The notes under the pieces: model-generated
Told to the model about the DNA's origin: nothing
Seen by the model: only the letters and a program-made list of their open reading frames with translations
Database searches by the model: none
Translations under genes and position numbers: made by a program
Source of the DNA: Terriglobia bacterium
GTDB lineage: Bacteria > Acidobacteriota > Terriglobia > 20CM-2-55-15
Assembly: GCA_965198225.1 (NCBI GenBank)
Contig: CBDAOY010000008.1
Coordinates: 672,001 to 736,000 of the forward strand
Length of the DNA: 64,000 bases
Direction: 5' to 3'
Part shown: piece by piece, positions 52,324 through 62,414 of the stretch
Position numbering within the stretch: the first letter of the stretch is position 1
How the letters are laid out: the number at the start of each line of letters is the position of its first letter

Positions 52324-53556
52324 GTGTCCGAAAAGACCGAACTGATTCACGACTGGAACAAGGTCGACTGCACCACACGCGACAGCCGGAAACCGGTCCA
52401 ACTCGACGATGAGACGCTCCGAGACGGTCTCCAATCGCCCACTGTCCAGGACCCACCGATCCAGGAGAAGATCCGCCTTCTGCACTTGATGGACGCCCTT
52501 GGTATCGACATGGCGGACATCGGTCTGCCTGGAGCCGGCCCCAGGGCTTACGCTGATGTGCTTGAACTGGCGACAGAGATCAGCAGGTCCAAACTCAAGG
52601 TTTACCCGAACTGTGCCGCCCGCACGACGATCCGTGACATCGAACCCATCATCTCCGTCGCGGAGAAAACCGGCACCGAGATCGAGGCAGCCACCTTTCT
52701 GGGTTCCAGCCTGATCCGCCAGTATGTCGAGAACTGGGAGATAGATACGCTCCTCCATCGCACTGAAGAAGCCGTCAGTTTCGGGGTCCAGCACGACGTG
52801 CCGGTCATGTACGTGACCGAGGACACCTCGCGCGCCTTTCCTGAGACGATCAAGCGGCTTTACACGGTTGCCATCGAATGCGGTGCGCGCCATATCGTGA
52901 TTACCGACACGGTGGGGCATTCGACTCCCGACGGCGTCCGTGCCCTGATTCGATTCATGATCAAAGAGGTCATCGAGCCGTCCGGTGAAGAAATCAAGCT
53001 GGCCTGGCACGGCCACAACGACCGGGGCCTCGCCGTCCCGAATTCGCTGATCGCTCTGGAAGCTGGGGCCGACGTGGTTCATGGTTGTGCACTCGGTGTC
53101 GGTGAGCGTGTCGGAAACACAGCGATGGATCAAATCCTGGTCAACCTGAAGCTGCTGGGTTGGATCGACCGCGATCTGTCGGCGCTGAAAGAGTATTGCG
53201 ACATCGCTTCCCAGGCGTGCCGGGTTCCGATCCCCCCGGGCTATCCCGTCGTCGGTAGCGATGCCTTCCGGACGGCCACAGGGGTCCATGCCGCCGCCGT
53301 GATCAAGGCGATCAAGAAGGGCGAGGCGGAATTGGCCGACAGCGTCTACTCCGGGGTGCCGGCCAATCTGTTCGGGTTGGAGCAGGCGATCGAGATCGGC
53401 CACATGAGCGGCAAGTCGAACGTCGTCTACTGGCTGGAGAAGAGAGGGATCGAGGCCACAGACGAGCGTGTCGACGCAATCTACGACTACGCCAAGAAGT
53501 CCGACCGGCTGCTCACCAGCGAAGAAATTCTGCAGATCGCAAAACCCCCCGCGTAG
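52324..53556 (+). CDS. LeuA/homocitrate synthase family (DRE-TIM) enzyme, no C-terminal regulatory domain
   Basis: DETLRDGLQ, DTVG, HGHNDRGLA, GVGERVGN, GVH. Confidence 0.88.
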   Translation: MSEKTELIHDWNKVDCTTRDSRKPVQLDDETLRDGLQSPTVQDPPIQEKIRLLHLMDALGIDMADIGLPGAGPRAYADVLELATEISRSKLKVYPNCAARTTIRDIEPIISVAEKTGTEIEAATFLGSSLIRQYVENWEIDTLLHRTEEAVSFGVQHDVPVMYVTEDTSRAFPETIKRLYTVAIECGARHIVITDTVGHSTPDGVRALIRFMIKEVIEPSGEEIKLAWHGHNDRGLAVPNSLIALEAGADVVHGCALGVGERVGNTAMDQILVNLKLLGWIDRDLSALKEYCDIASQACRVPIPPGYPVVGSDAFRTATGVHAAAVIKAIKKGEAELADSVYSGVPANLFGLEQAIEIGHMSGKSNVVYWLEKRGIEATDERVDAIYDYAKKSDRLLTSEEILQIAKPPA

Positions 53557-53584
53557 GCTGGATTTTTCAGAAGAATCCGACGAT

Positions 53585-53660
53585 GTGCGGTCACAGACCG
53601 CACCTACACCGGCCTGATATATATATCTCCCCTGGGTGTAGGTGCGCTCTATGAGCGCAC
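53585..53660. repeat. REP family A inverted doublet between convergent genes
   Basis: GTGCGGTCACAGACCGCACCTACAC ... GTGTAGGTGCGCTCTATGAGCGCAC. Confidence 0.8.
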
Positions 53661-53679
53661 ATCGGGCGGCAGAATCCGA

Positions 53680-54510
53680 TCAGGCGGGGACGGTCTGGGC
53701 TTCGAACACCCGTTTGATGGCCCGCGACACGGCCACCTCTATCAGGCTGCGTTCGTACGGGTCGTCTTCCAATTCCGCGATTTCGAGCATTTCCTCGGCC
53801 GCGGCCTCCGACGCGACCTTCATGTTGTTGTCGCTGAGCGCTTGCCGCGCCAGGGCCTTCTCCGCGGCCGGCGACCGCACCGGTATGATCGTCGAGCTGG
53901 AAACGACGATTTCCGGCCCGCTGGCGATGTTCCGGCGGAGTTTGGTCCGGATTGCGGCCGATACCGTGTTCTTCCCGGCGCCGGGGTTCACGCGAAAGAA
54001 CCCGACGCGGTCCTTGGAATCCAGTACTGGAAACTCCACGTGCGCGGGGAACTCTCCCCGGTTCAAACCTTCGGCGGCTTCGACCAGGAAATCCTCAATC
54101 CCGAGCGTTCGCGATCCGCTCGGAGATTGAAGGCGAACCTGGGCTCGGAGAGTGACCAGGGCCGTCGACAGATCGAAATAGGGGGACTCGGGATCCAGAC
54201 CCTCGAACACGGTGAGCCGATTCCGTACCAGCGGGTTGGCAAGCGTCGACAATGCCTGTTTCAGCAGACCGTTCTCGCCGCTGATCTTTCGTAGCACCTC
54301 CCCGAAGGTCGCTCCAGTCCCGAAGGAAACTTTTCCGCGCCGTTTCGATACGGCTCCGAATCCGGGGATCTTACCGACGTCGATGACGACTCTACTGGCC
54401 GGTATCCGCATCGCAGGGTCGATCCCCGAGACCAGCATCGCGCGTTGCCCGTGCTTCGCCAGAAGCCTTGCCAGGCCTGCAAGTGTTTGTGGAACTTGTG
54501 CTTTCGGCAT
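53680..54510 (-). CDS. Molybdopterin dehydrogenase FAD-binding subunit (CoxM/XdhB-like, divergent)
   Basis: PQTL, VIDVGKIP, GTGATF, ANPLVRNRLT, GSRTLGIEDF; size and organisation of CoxM. Confidence 0.75.
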   Translation of the reverse strand: MPKAQVPQTLAGLARLLAKHGQRAMLVSGIDPAMRIPASRVVIDVGKIPGFGAVSKRRGKVSFGTGATFGEVLRKISGENGLLKQALSTLANPLVRNRLTVFEGLDPESPYFDLSTALVTLRAQVRLQSPSGSRTLGIEDFLVEAAEGLNRGEFPAHVEFPVLDSKDRVGFFRVNPGAGKNTVSAAIRTKLRRNIASGPEIVVSSSTIIPVRSPAAEKALARQALSDNNMKVASEAAAEEMLEIAELEDDPYERSLIEVAVSRAIKRVFEAQTVPA

Positions 54511-54553
54511 CAGTGAGTCCCGGCGCGTCCCGCGCTCGAAAAAAGCCGGTCGG

Positions 54554-54582
54554 ATTCTAGAGACGTCAGCCTCGAAAGTCAA
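54554..54582 (-). promoter_or_regulatory. Sigma70 promoter for the CoxM-like gene
   Basis: TTGACT-17 bp-TAGAAT on the minus strand. Confidence 0.55.
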
Positions 54583-54590
54583 GCCTAACT

Positions 54591-54654
54591 GAAGAAGACC
54601 TCTTCTCCGAGGGACACGTCTTCTCCGAAGGAGACGTCTTCTTCGAAGAAGACC
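54591..54654. repeat. 3.5 x 18-bp palindromic tandem repeat
   Basis: TCTTCTCCGAGGGACACG / TCTTCTCCGAAGGAGACG / TCTTCTTCGAAGAAGACC. Confidence 0.75.
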
Positions 54655-54705
54655 TCGACCAGTTGTCAGTAGTCAGTAGTCAGGACTATTGCTACACTTG
54701 GCGGA

Positions 54706-55536
54706 ATGGAAGTGGACATTTTCGACGAGGTCGTAAACCTCCGACGGCTGGGCAAGAAGGCCGCGCTGGCAACAATCGTCCAGATCCGGGGCTCGGTTCC
54801 CAGTTTCCAGACGGCGAAGATGCTGGTGCGGGAAGACGGCTCCACCCTCGGGTCGGTCGGCGGCGGCTGTGTCGAAGCGGACGTCTGGGCGGCCGCTCAG
54901 GAAGTCATCAAGGAGGAGCGCTCGCGGGTGTTGAGTTTCGACCTCACTGATGAATCCATGGCCGACAGCGGACTGATCTGCGGAGGAAAGCTCGAGATCT
55001 TCGTCGAACCGATCATGCCCGTTCCCCGGGTTGTCATCTTCGGCGCGGGGCATATCTCGACGCAGGTGTCCAAGATTGCCACGATCGCCGGGTTCAAGTC
55101 CTGGGTCGTCGACGATCGGCCCATCTACGCCAACGAGACGCGCTTCCCCGAAGCGGAACGCATCTTCGCCGACAGTTTTGAGGACGCCTTCAAGGCCATC
55201 GATCCGGATGAGAACACCTACCTGGTCATCGTCACCCGCGGCCACCAGGAGGACCAGAACGTCCTCCGCTGGGCCGTGGGCACCGAGGCCCGCTACGTGG
55301 GGATGATCGGCAGCAAGCGGAAGATCCGCGCCATCGTCAGGGATCTCGAGAAAGAGGGGATCGACCTGGACCGACTGGAACGCGTGCATATGCCGATCGG
55401 ACTCGACATCGGTGCAGTCGTCCCGGAGGAAATTGCCGTAGCGATCGTTGCCGAGCTTGTCCAGAAACGCCGCACGGGATCCAGCCACCGACTCAGCAAG
55501 AAGCTTTATCAAACGAGTGCTTCGTCCGCCGGGTAG
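54706..55536 (+). CDS. xdhC: XdhC/CoxI-family Moco insertion chaperone
   Basis: GSVGGGCVE, CGG, FGAGH, TRGH..D, YVGMIGSKRK, PIGLDI..PEEIA. Confidence 0.92.
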   Translation: MEVDIFDEVVNLRRLGKKAALATIVQIRGSVPSFQTAKMLVREDGSTLGSVGGGCVEADVWAAAQEVIKEERSRVLSFDLTDESMADSGLICGGKLEIFVEPIMPVPRVVIFGAGHISTQVSKIATIAGFKSWVVDDRPIYANETRFPEAERIFADSFEDAFKAIDPDENTYLVIVTRGHQEDQNVLRWAVGTEARYVGMIGSKRKIRAIVRDLEKEGIDLDRLERVHMPIGLDIGAVVPEEIAVAIVAELVQKRRTGSSHRLSKKLYQTSASSAG

Positions 55537-55796
55537 TAGTGCTGCGCTGCCGGGACGTCATATCTGTGGGGCCGGACGGCCGATCGTTCCGTGAAATTCA
55601 ACCGACACAGCGCGCTGATCGTGGTAACGATCCTGCACCCTACTCGGCCGAAGAAGGCGCTGAACTCCTCGGGAACTGACTGAACGCGCATCCGCGGCGA
55701 CGCTTCTCGCGGGGTCTGCTTCTAACGAAGCGGCATCGGGGCGAGTCTAAACCAGCCAGTGGCGGCATGCTGCCGCGGGCTGCCTACTGTATCGCG

Positions 55797-56336
55797 ATGA
55801 AGATTTACACCAAGACCGGAGACCGGGGACAGACACGTCTTTTCGATGGCACGCGCGTCGCGAAGAACGATCTGCGCGTCGAGGCCTACGGGAACGTGGA
55901 CGAGCTGAATTCGGCCATCGGATCCGCCCTCGCGTTCACATCGGACGCCGGAATCGCGGAACTACTTCAGAACATCCAGCAGGAGCTGTTTTCTCTGGGC
56001 GCTCAGCTCGCCGACCCGAAATTTGACGCCGAGCAGTTCGCGAAACCGAGCCTGTCCCCGGAATGGGTGGCCGCCCTGGAGAACGCCATGGATCAGCTCG
56101 ACGAGGAGTTGCCTCCACTGCGAGCGTTCGTTCTCCCCGGCGGCGGCCAGTGTGGGGCCTTGCTGCACCTGGCGCGGACCATATGCAGGCGCGCGGAGCG
56201 AACCGTCGTCGAATTGAATGAAACGACCTCACTCGACCCGAAGGTGATCGAATATCTCAACAGATTGTCAGATCTTCTGTTCGTTCTGGCACGGGTCGTC
56301 AACCATAGAGAAGGGAAACAGGAAATCCAATGGTAA
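55797..56336 (+). CDS. pduO: Cob(I)alamin adenosyltransferase, PduO type
   Basis: KIYTKTGDRG, AYGNVDELNS, RTICRRAER, YLNRLSDLLF. Confidence 0.93.
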   Translation: MKIYTKTGDRGQTRLFDGTRVAKNDLRVEAYGNVDELNSAIGSALAFTSDAGIAELLQNIQQELFSLGAQLADPKFDAEQFAKPSLSPEWVAALENAMDQLDEELPPLRAFVLPGGGQCGALLHLARTICRRAERTVVELNETTSLDPKVIEYLNRLSDLLFVLARVVNHREGKQEIQW

Positions 56337-56869
56337 ACCGACTTTTTGCCTCAACCCTATTCATCCTCCTGCTCGGGGTCCCGGCTTCGGCGCAGTTCGA
56401 GGACGACTTCCCTCGGGTGGAGATCGGCTTCGGGTATGCCAATTATGGTCTGCCCGGCGTCGGCGGAAGCACGGAGCGCCTGAATGGCTTCGCGATGCAC
56501 AGCGGGTTCAACCTGGACAGCTGGTTCGGGATCGAGAACTACACGGGTGCCTACAGCGTGCCGAACGACATCACGTTGATCACGAACATTTTCGGTGGAA
56601 AGCTCGTGGCGCGCGACCTGGTCGAGGGTCGGATCTCGCCGTATCTCGTCGCCGGATTCGGAGTGGGCTATTTCACGAGTAACCGGTCCAGGGGCGGGTT
56701 CAGCGAGGCGGCTTACCGATTGGGTGGAGGAATCGACTTCAACCTCACCGGAGGCATGGCCTTGAGAGTGGATGTCAGCAACATGGCCATCAACAACATC
56801 GACGTCGGAGGCGGTTGGGGGGCGAACCTCAATATCTCGACCGGGCTCGTCTTCAACTTAGGGAACTAG
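56330..56869 (+). CDS. Outer-membrane beta-barrel protein
   Basis: Signal peptide; alternating beta strands, ISPYLVAGFG, GGGID, C-terminal STGLVF. Confidence 0.8.
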   Translation: MVNRLFASTLFILLLGVPASAQFEDDFPRVEIGFGYANYGLPGVGGSTERLNGFAMHSGFNLDSWFGIENYTGAYSVPNDITLITNIFGGKLVARDLVEGRISPYLVAGFGVGYFTSNRSRGGFSEAAYRLGGGIDFNLTGGMALRVDVSNMAINNIDVGGGWGANLNISTGLVFNLGN

Positions 56870-56899
56870 AGCCGTGGTGGGCGGGAGGCGCTGGCGGCC

Positions 56900-57157
56900 T
56901 CAGCTCGTGGTCCCCGCCATGCGGTGTGCGACCAGATAGGCCGTATCGGTCTGCGGCTGGACGTGGACGTAGAACCAGTGGTTCCCCGACACGACTTCAA
57001 AGAAATCCTGCCGATTGGCATCCGGGATCACGCTTCCGTTCTCCATTGCCCAACCTAAATCCTCGAGATAAGCGGCCATTGCCGAGTTCATCGGGACCAG
57101 ATCGTATTCCGTTGTCGACATTCCATTGTTCGATCCCTCTGATGTCGCCAAGATCAT
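56900..57157 (-). CDS. Hypothetical protein
   Basis: AGGAG RBS before ATG 57157; 85 aa; globular-looking. Confidence 0.55.
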   Translation of the reverse strand: MILATSEGSNNGMSTTEYDLVPMNSAMAAYLEDLGWAMENGSVIPDANRQDFFEVVSGNHWFYVHVQPQTDTAYLVAHRMAGTTS

Positions 57158-57233
57158 TGGTGATTCTCCTTTCTGCCTTCCGACGTCCGTTGCTCTCAAC
57201 ACTATTACGGGGTCAGAAGGGAAAAGGTTTCAA

Positions 57234-57318
57234 GAATTCGCGGACGGAGACCGAATTGTCCCGTTTCCAAGTTATTGATTCCGTACCACACTCGATTCGG
57301 TCTCCGTCCCCGAGTTCG
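57234..57318. repeat. REP-like inverted doublet, family B
   Basis: GAATTCGCGGACGGAGACCGAATT...ATTCGGTCTCCGTCCCCGAGTTC. Confidence 0.7.
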
Positions 57319-57319
57319 G

Positions 57320-57844
57320 TTAATCCGTCAGTCCGGCTGATTGGTCCACCAGCGTGTCGCCCCGGGAGGAGACCCGGCCCTCCGAATCGATCACGAAGAT
57401 GCTCGGCGTTCGATGCACCGAATAGAGCCGCCCCACGCTTCCGTCGGGGTCCAGGGCGACAGGGAAGCGGATGAAGTACCGCCGTATTGCAGCCAAGACT
57501 TTGGCGCGATCCTCCATTAAGTTGACGCTGATGACGGGAACTCCTGCATCGAAGATGCTGTTCAGTTCCGAGATCGTGGCTACCGAGACAGGATCCCAGG
57601 ACGCCCAGAACGCCAGAATGAAGCGGCGCCCTTTGAGGTCCTCCGACCGAACGGTTTCGCCCGAAGGGCTCGCCAGCGCGAAGTCCGGAGCATGCTCCAG
57701 GACCAGTGCCGATTCCGCCGCCGGGTCAAGCGCGGCCTTGACGACGAACAACGAGGTGACCGCGGTCGAGAGAAAAAGCGCGGACACGCCGATCGCCGTG
57801 AGGGTGATCAAGGCTATGCGAAGGGCTGTCGCCGGCCGTTCCAT
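57320..57844 (-). CDS. TlpA/redoxin-fold membrane-anchored protein lacking CxxC
   Basis: APDFAL, LKGR..LAFWASWDPVS, FPVALD, TPSIFVID. Confidence 0.8.
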   Translation of the reverse strand: MERPATALRIALITLTAIGVSALFLSTAVTSLFVVKAALDPAAESALVLEHAPDFALASPSGETVRSEDLKGRRFILAFWASWDPVSVATISELNSIFDAGVPVISVNLMEDRAKVLAAIRRYFIRFPVALDPDGSVGRLYSVHRTPSIFVIDSEGRVSSRGDTLVDQSAGLTD

Positions 57845-57855
57845 AACGCTGTCAA

Positions 57856-57871
57856 TGCACGAACAGTGCCA
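57856..57871 (-). promoter_or_regulatory. Putative sigma54 promoter
   Basis: TGGCAC-TGTTC-GTGCA (GG-N10-GC) about 12 nt before the ATG. Confidence 0.5.
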
Positions 57872-58189
57872 CTCCGTGCCGGCCAGAGCCGCCGGTTTTC
57901 GCCGGCGGCGACCCGAAGAGCTCGGAAGCGCGGCGGCGAGTCCGCAAATCCGTTGTACGGCTGAACTGAATCTGATAGGCTCGGGTCCGTTTACAAGAGA
58001 TATGCTTCCCCAGCTGGCCCGCGTCCCGAGAGTCGAATCGAGGCCTTTCCTGACTCGCCCCTCCCACACGTGTCCGTTAGCCAAGAGAACGCACACTCTC
58101 TTGAGCGATTGCAACAAGCGGGTCGGATTCACTTTCAGGCGCCGGATTTATCCGGGCCTATCGCCCCAGGGCGAGACCAGGAGTTTTTG

Positions 58190-58510
<321 letters not shown>

Positions 58511-58691
58511 CGAAGCGCAGAAGCCCGTCGTCCGCGTTTCTGAAAGCGTCTAGCGCCTGCAGCCGCAGAGCGATCTTCTGCGGAAAACCCTTCTCTTGCA
58601 CCGAATTCTGTCGCGCACCGATACTTTATAATGTAAAGTACTTCGTATTTTGAGGGAGCGTGTCGGAACGAATACCGAAGAGGAGAAGCCA

Positions 58692-59180
58692 ATGATCGAG
58701 ACGCAGATCGCGACAGCACCCACCGTCGGAATACCAACCTGCCACCACGAGCGCATCCTCGTCGGAGCCCGTTCCAGCTCGGAGTTCGTCGACATCACAG
58801 ACCTCGTAGTGAAGGCGGTCCGGAACTCCGGTGTTCGGTTCGGCATTGCCAACGTGCAGACCCGTCACACCACGACCGGGATCATCGTCAACGAACACGA
58901 GCCGCTCCTGCTCGACGACATGTCCGGCCTGCTCGACCGATTGGTGCCCGGTGGGGCGGAATACCGACACGACGATATGACGATCCGGCGTGTGAACCTG
59001 ATGCCGGGGGAGCCCGCAAACGGCCATTCGCACTGCCGCGCGATGCTGCTGGGGACTTCCGAAACGCTGAACGTGGTCGACGAACGGCTGGATCTGGGCC
59101 GGTGGCAACGGGTGTTTCTGGTGGAACTGGACCGGGACAGGGAGCGCGAAGTCAGCGTGATGGTCATGGGGTCCACCTAG
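58692..59180 (+). CDS. yjbQ: YjbQ/UPF0047 family protein
   Basis: HTTTG..NE, NGHSH, LGRWQRVFLVELD..R. Confidence 0.9.
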   Translation: MIETQIATAPTVGIPTCHHERILVGARSSSEFVDITDLVVKAVRNSGVRFGIANVQTRHTTTGIIVNEHEPLLLDDMSGLLDRLVPGGAEYRHDDMTIRRVNLMPGEPANGHSHCRAMLLGTSETLNVVDERLDLGRWQRVFLVELDRDREREVSVMVMGST

Positions 59181-59249
59181 AAAAAAGTCAGATGTCGGGT
59201 AACCGAGTGGGCCCGTCGGGCGTCTCTTAGGTATGACGCACTTATCGCT

Positions 59250-59777
59250 AGCTACAAGACCGAGATCGCAGCCTACGAGATCGACAAGATGCTCGGGTTG
59301 GGGATGGTCCCGGCCACCGTCGAGCGTGTGATCGATCATCGACGCGGGTCCCTGCAGCTCTGGGTGGATGTCCTGATGTCGGAAGAGGAGCGGCTGGAAG
59401 GCCGGAAACCACCGCCGGACGCGCTCGCCTGGAGTCGGATGACGACTGATTTCGCGCTCTTCGACAACTTGATCGATAACACCGATCGTCACCTCAACAA
59501 CCTCCTGATAACCTCGGAATGGAAGATTGCCTTGATCGACCATTCGCGCTCTTTCCGCAGGAATAAGAAGCTGCGAAAGCCTGCGAGCCTCACCCGGTTC
59601 TCCGAGTCGTTGCTGGACGCCATCTCGCAACTGGACCGCGAGACCCTCAAGGAGGGGGTCGGCCAGTACCTGACTGGAGTGCAGATCAAGGGCTTGCTGG
59701 AGCGACGGGACCGCATTCTGGAGCGCTCGCGCAAGCTCGTCCTGGAGCGCGGACCGGAGGTGGTCCTCTACCCATAA
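59250..59777 (+). pseudogene. 5'-truncated PI3/PI4-kinase-like protein
   Basis: SYKTEIAAYEIDKMLGLGMVPATV, FDNLIDNTDRHLNN, IDHSRSF; conserved residues lie upstream of the first ATG (59289) and the frame is closed by the yjbQ stop. Confidence 0.6.
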
Positions 59778-59843
59778 GTTCTGGTCGTTCGCTAAACGCT
59801 GACCGAGTTAAGGTTTTCGGATTGACCAGACGATGACTCGGGT

Positions 59844-60734
59844 ATGGCTTCCCGACCTGTCCCGACCCGAAGACGTACGCTCGTGCTGGGGGTCGCGGTT
59901 GCCGGTCTGTGTCGATTGACCCTCGCCGCGGTGTCGGATGTTCCCCTTCCTGATGCCGCTGAATTCATCGAGAAGGCCCGGACGCGAGCCGTGGAACAGT
60001 TCGACGAGACCTCCGTGCTCGCCGGATACGTCTACCGCCTGAAGCAAACCGACGAAGACCTGGGTCGAGGTGGCACGGTCAAGAAAGCACAGACCACCGA
60101 CGCCGAGGTCTACCATTTCGAGCACGGACGCTTCCGCAAGGTGCTCGCCCGGAATGGCGTCACGCTTTCGGAGAAGGACGCCCGCCGCCAGGAAACCGAG
60201 CTCTCGAAACACGTGTCCGGTGAAAAGGTGCAGAAACAGACAGCTCCTCCGTGGATGCCGTCGCGAGGCTCCGATGAAGACCGCCTCGAGATGATGCGGG
60301 ACATCGGCGGAGCGTTCGACTTCGAACTGCTGCGACGGGAGGACCTGCGCGGGCGTCCGACCATCGTCGTCCGTTTCATGCCCAGGAAACGCGCCGAGTT
60401 CGACAGCCGGATGGGCAAGATCCTGCTCCCTCACGTCGAGGGGCTGGCCTGGGTTGACGAAACCGATCTGGGCCTTTCACGAGTCGAGGTCCGCGTAGCC
60501 CGCAACGTCAACGTCGGCATCTTCGGCCTGATGGCACGTATCCACAAAGGAACGGCCTACGTTCGCGACTGGCTAAGGGCAGATGGCGGTGACTGGCTTC
60601 CCGCTACAACGACGGTCCAGTTCAAGGCCCGAACCCTGCTCGTCCGCGGCACCCATCGTCGGATGAGGGAAGAGTATTCCGACTACAGGAAGCTCTCCAA
60701 CTCCCCAGAGCATGGCGCGCTCCAGCGCTTCTGA
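59844..60734 (+). CDS. Hypothetical exported protein (lipoprotein-sorting/MucB-like beta fold possible)
   Basis: Signal peptide; GRPTIVVRF.P, GLAWVDETD, YSDYRK. Confidence 0.7.
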   Translation: MASRPVPTRRRTLVLGVAVAGLCRLTLAAVSDVPLPDAAEFIEKARTRAVEQFDETSVLAGYVYRLKQTDEDLGRGGTVKKAQTTDAEVYHFEHGRFRKVLARNGVTLSEKDARRQETELSKHVSGEKVQKQTAPPWMPSRGSDEDRLEMMRDIGGAFDFELLRREDLRGRPTIVVRFMPRKRAEFDSRMGKILLPHVEGLAWVDETDLGLSRVEVRVARNVNVGIFGLMARIHKGTAYVRDWLRADGGDWLPATTTVQFKARTLLVRGTHRRMREEYSDYRKLSNSPEHGALQRF

Positions 60735-60752
60735 CTCACTCATTTACACCCT

Positions 60753-60984
60753 GTGTGCTCATAGAGCGCATCCACAGCGGAACAGTACGACCTCTGGCAA
60801 GTGTAGGTCCGTTCCATGAGCGCACAGTGCTCCGGTTTGAGGGAGGCGTGGGGGGACCGGACCAGCTGTCTTTCTCCACAGACCCGCGCACTGCGATCGG
60901 TACTTGAACGCTCCCGTTTTCGTCGGGAAGGGGACGGTGGGCCCGACGCTAATGAATGGTTCCGGTCATAGACCGCACCTACAC
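60753..60984. repeat. Cluster of three REP family A copies
   Basis: Copies at 60753-60776, 60801-60825 and 60963-60984. Confidence 0.65.
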
Positions 60985-61029
60985 GTTTGAAACTTGCTTT
61001 GGCACGTCTTCCAGTGCCAGTCTTGTGGC

Positions 61030-61530
61030 ATGACAGGTCCCGCCCCGAGCCACGAACGACCGCCGGAAATCCGTGTGTTCACGGCCGAGGAACGGGTGAT
61101 CGTCGAACAGACGGTAGGGAAACGGCGGACGGCGGCGCTTGGCGGGCTAATAACGCCGGTGGCCTTCGGGTGGGGGTTCTCGGGTGGCTTGACAGATTCA
61201 GTGCTGTATGGGGGCATCGGAGTGGGGTTGCTCCTCTTCATGTTCGTCGCCGGTAGCTACAGAAACCTGCGTGGCGACCTGAATCAGGGCATCGTCGAAA
61301 CGATCAAGGGCCCTCTGGAAGACTTCAAGGCCAACCCTCTCGGCATGGCTTCATTCAGCGTCGGGGGAAAGAGGTTCAAGGCGCTCGTCAATCAAAGGGA
61401 TACGGGCGCGATTGCCACCGTGAACTACCTCCCGCGGTCCAGAATCGTCCTGTCGGTAGAAGTGGACCGTGACATCTCCGTTCTGGGACTCTACCCGCTC
61501 GTTGCTCGAATTCTCCTCCCACCGCCCTGA
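61030..61530 (+). CDS. Hypothetical membrane protein
   Basis: Two hydrophobic segments then a soluble tail (VNYLPRSRIVLSVE). Confidence 0.6.
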   Translation: MTGPAPSHERPPEIRVFTAEERVIVEQTVGKRRTAALGGLITPVAFGWGFSGGLTDSVLYGGIGVGLLLFMFVAGSYRNLRGDLNQGIVETIKGPLEDFKANPLGMASFSVGGKRFKALVNQRDTGAIATVNYLPRSRIVLSVEVDRDISVLGLYPLVARILLPPP

Positions 61531-61714
61531 ACGAAATCTGAAAACCGGGTCGCACCCGTTTGACCGGGATTCCTTCGTCTCTTAACATTTACGCAAGTTT
61601 TTCCAAACTTGGCGAAGGAACGCCTTTTCTATCGATGTACGGTTCAGGTGGCGAGGAACCATGCTGGAGCGTGGACGGGAGTAAGATCACATCTTTACCC
61701 TGAGCGGGGGGAAG

Positions 61715-61921
61715 GTGCAGCAGTTCGTCGAATACTTTGGACACTGCTGCGGCTGCGGACGCGTACCGACAGGCTACTGCCGCCGGTGCCTGAAAAACTG
61801 CTGGCCTTGTACGATAGCTCCAGCCCACAACGAGGGGAATCCGCACGGGCGCCGCAAAGAGATCATCCTGCACACCAGATCAACGGTCGGTACGCTCGGT
61901 CTGTGGACGTGTCTCAGTTGA
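61715..61921 (+). CDS. Possible small Cys-rich protein
   Basis: CCGC..YCRRC...CWPC...H; purine-rich RBS; short. Confidence 0.35.
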   Translation: MQQFVEYFGHCCGCGRVPTGYCRRCLKNCWPCTIAPAHNEGNPHGRRKEIILHTRSTVGTLGLWTCLS

Positions 61922-61938
61922 AACTTAGTCTCGTTTTC

Positions 61939-62184
61939 TTATGGAAGCGGGTCTGGTGGAGCCCCGAGGCGTTTCTTCAACTCCCGGTGCAGTTTCTTGA
62001 CTCCTTGCAAGGTCAACTCGTCGTTGTCCATCAGATGGAGGAGCTCGGCATGGGTCAGGACATATTGCAGGTTGTCGCCAAGAATGACTTTGCCGGTCTC
62101 AAAGGGTTGAGTCTGTATGCCCTGGTCTCGAAGCTTTGCGATCGCGCGTTTGATCCGCGTGGACTCAGTACTGGGTTTGGGCAT
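61939..62184 (-). CDS. Hypothetical protein
   Basis: 81-aa ORF with plausible composition. Confidence 0.5.
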   Translation of the reverse strand: MPKPSTESTRIKRAIAKLRDQGIQTQPFETGKVILGDNLQYVLTHAELLHLMDNDELTLQGVKKLHRELKKRLGAPPDPLP

Positions 62185-62414
62185 CTTGCACCAGGTCTTT
62201 AAGCTGGTCGGCGAAGGTTCTTCGAAGGGTCGGCTCGCCCATGTCGCACCACTCCTGAAGAGGAAGGGGACGGCAGCATGAGTGTAATACCAGGCGGGCG
62301 ATCAATTCTAGGAAAAGCGCCATATTTGAACAGCTGTGTCAGGAGACATCGAAGAGCGGCGCGAAAGATCGGTTCCCAGAGCTAAGGAATACGAGCCGAT
62401 AGTCCGTTGACCGT

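Noticed and set aside
54591-54654. CRISPR array
   Set aside because: Contiguous 18-bp units with no spacers
55537-55796. Cobalamin riboswitch upstream of pduO
   Set aside because: No B12 box or recognisable conserved core found
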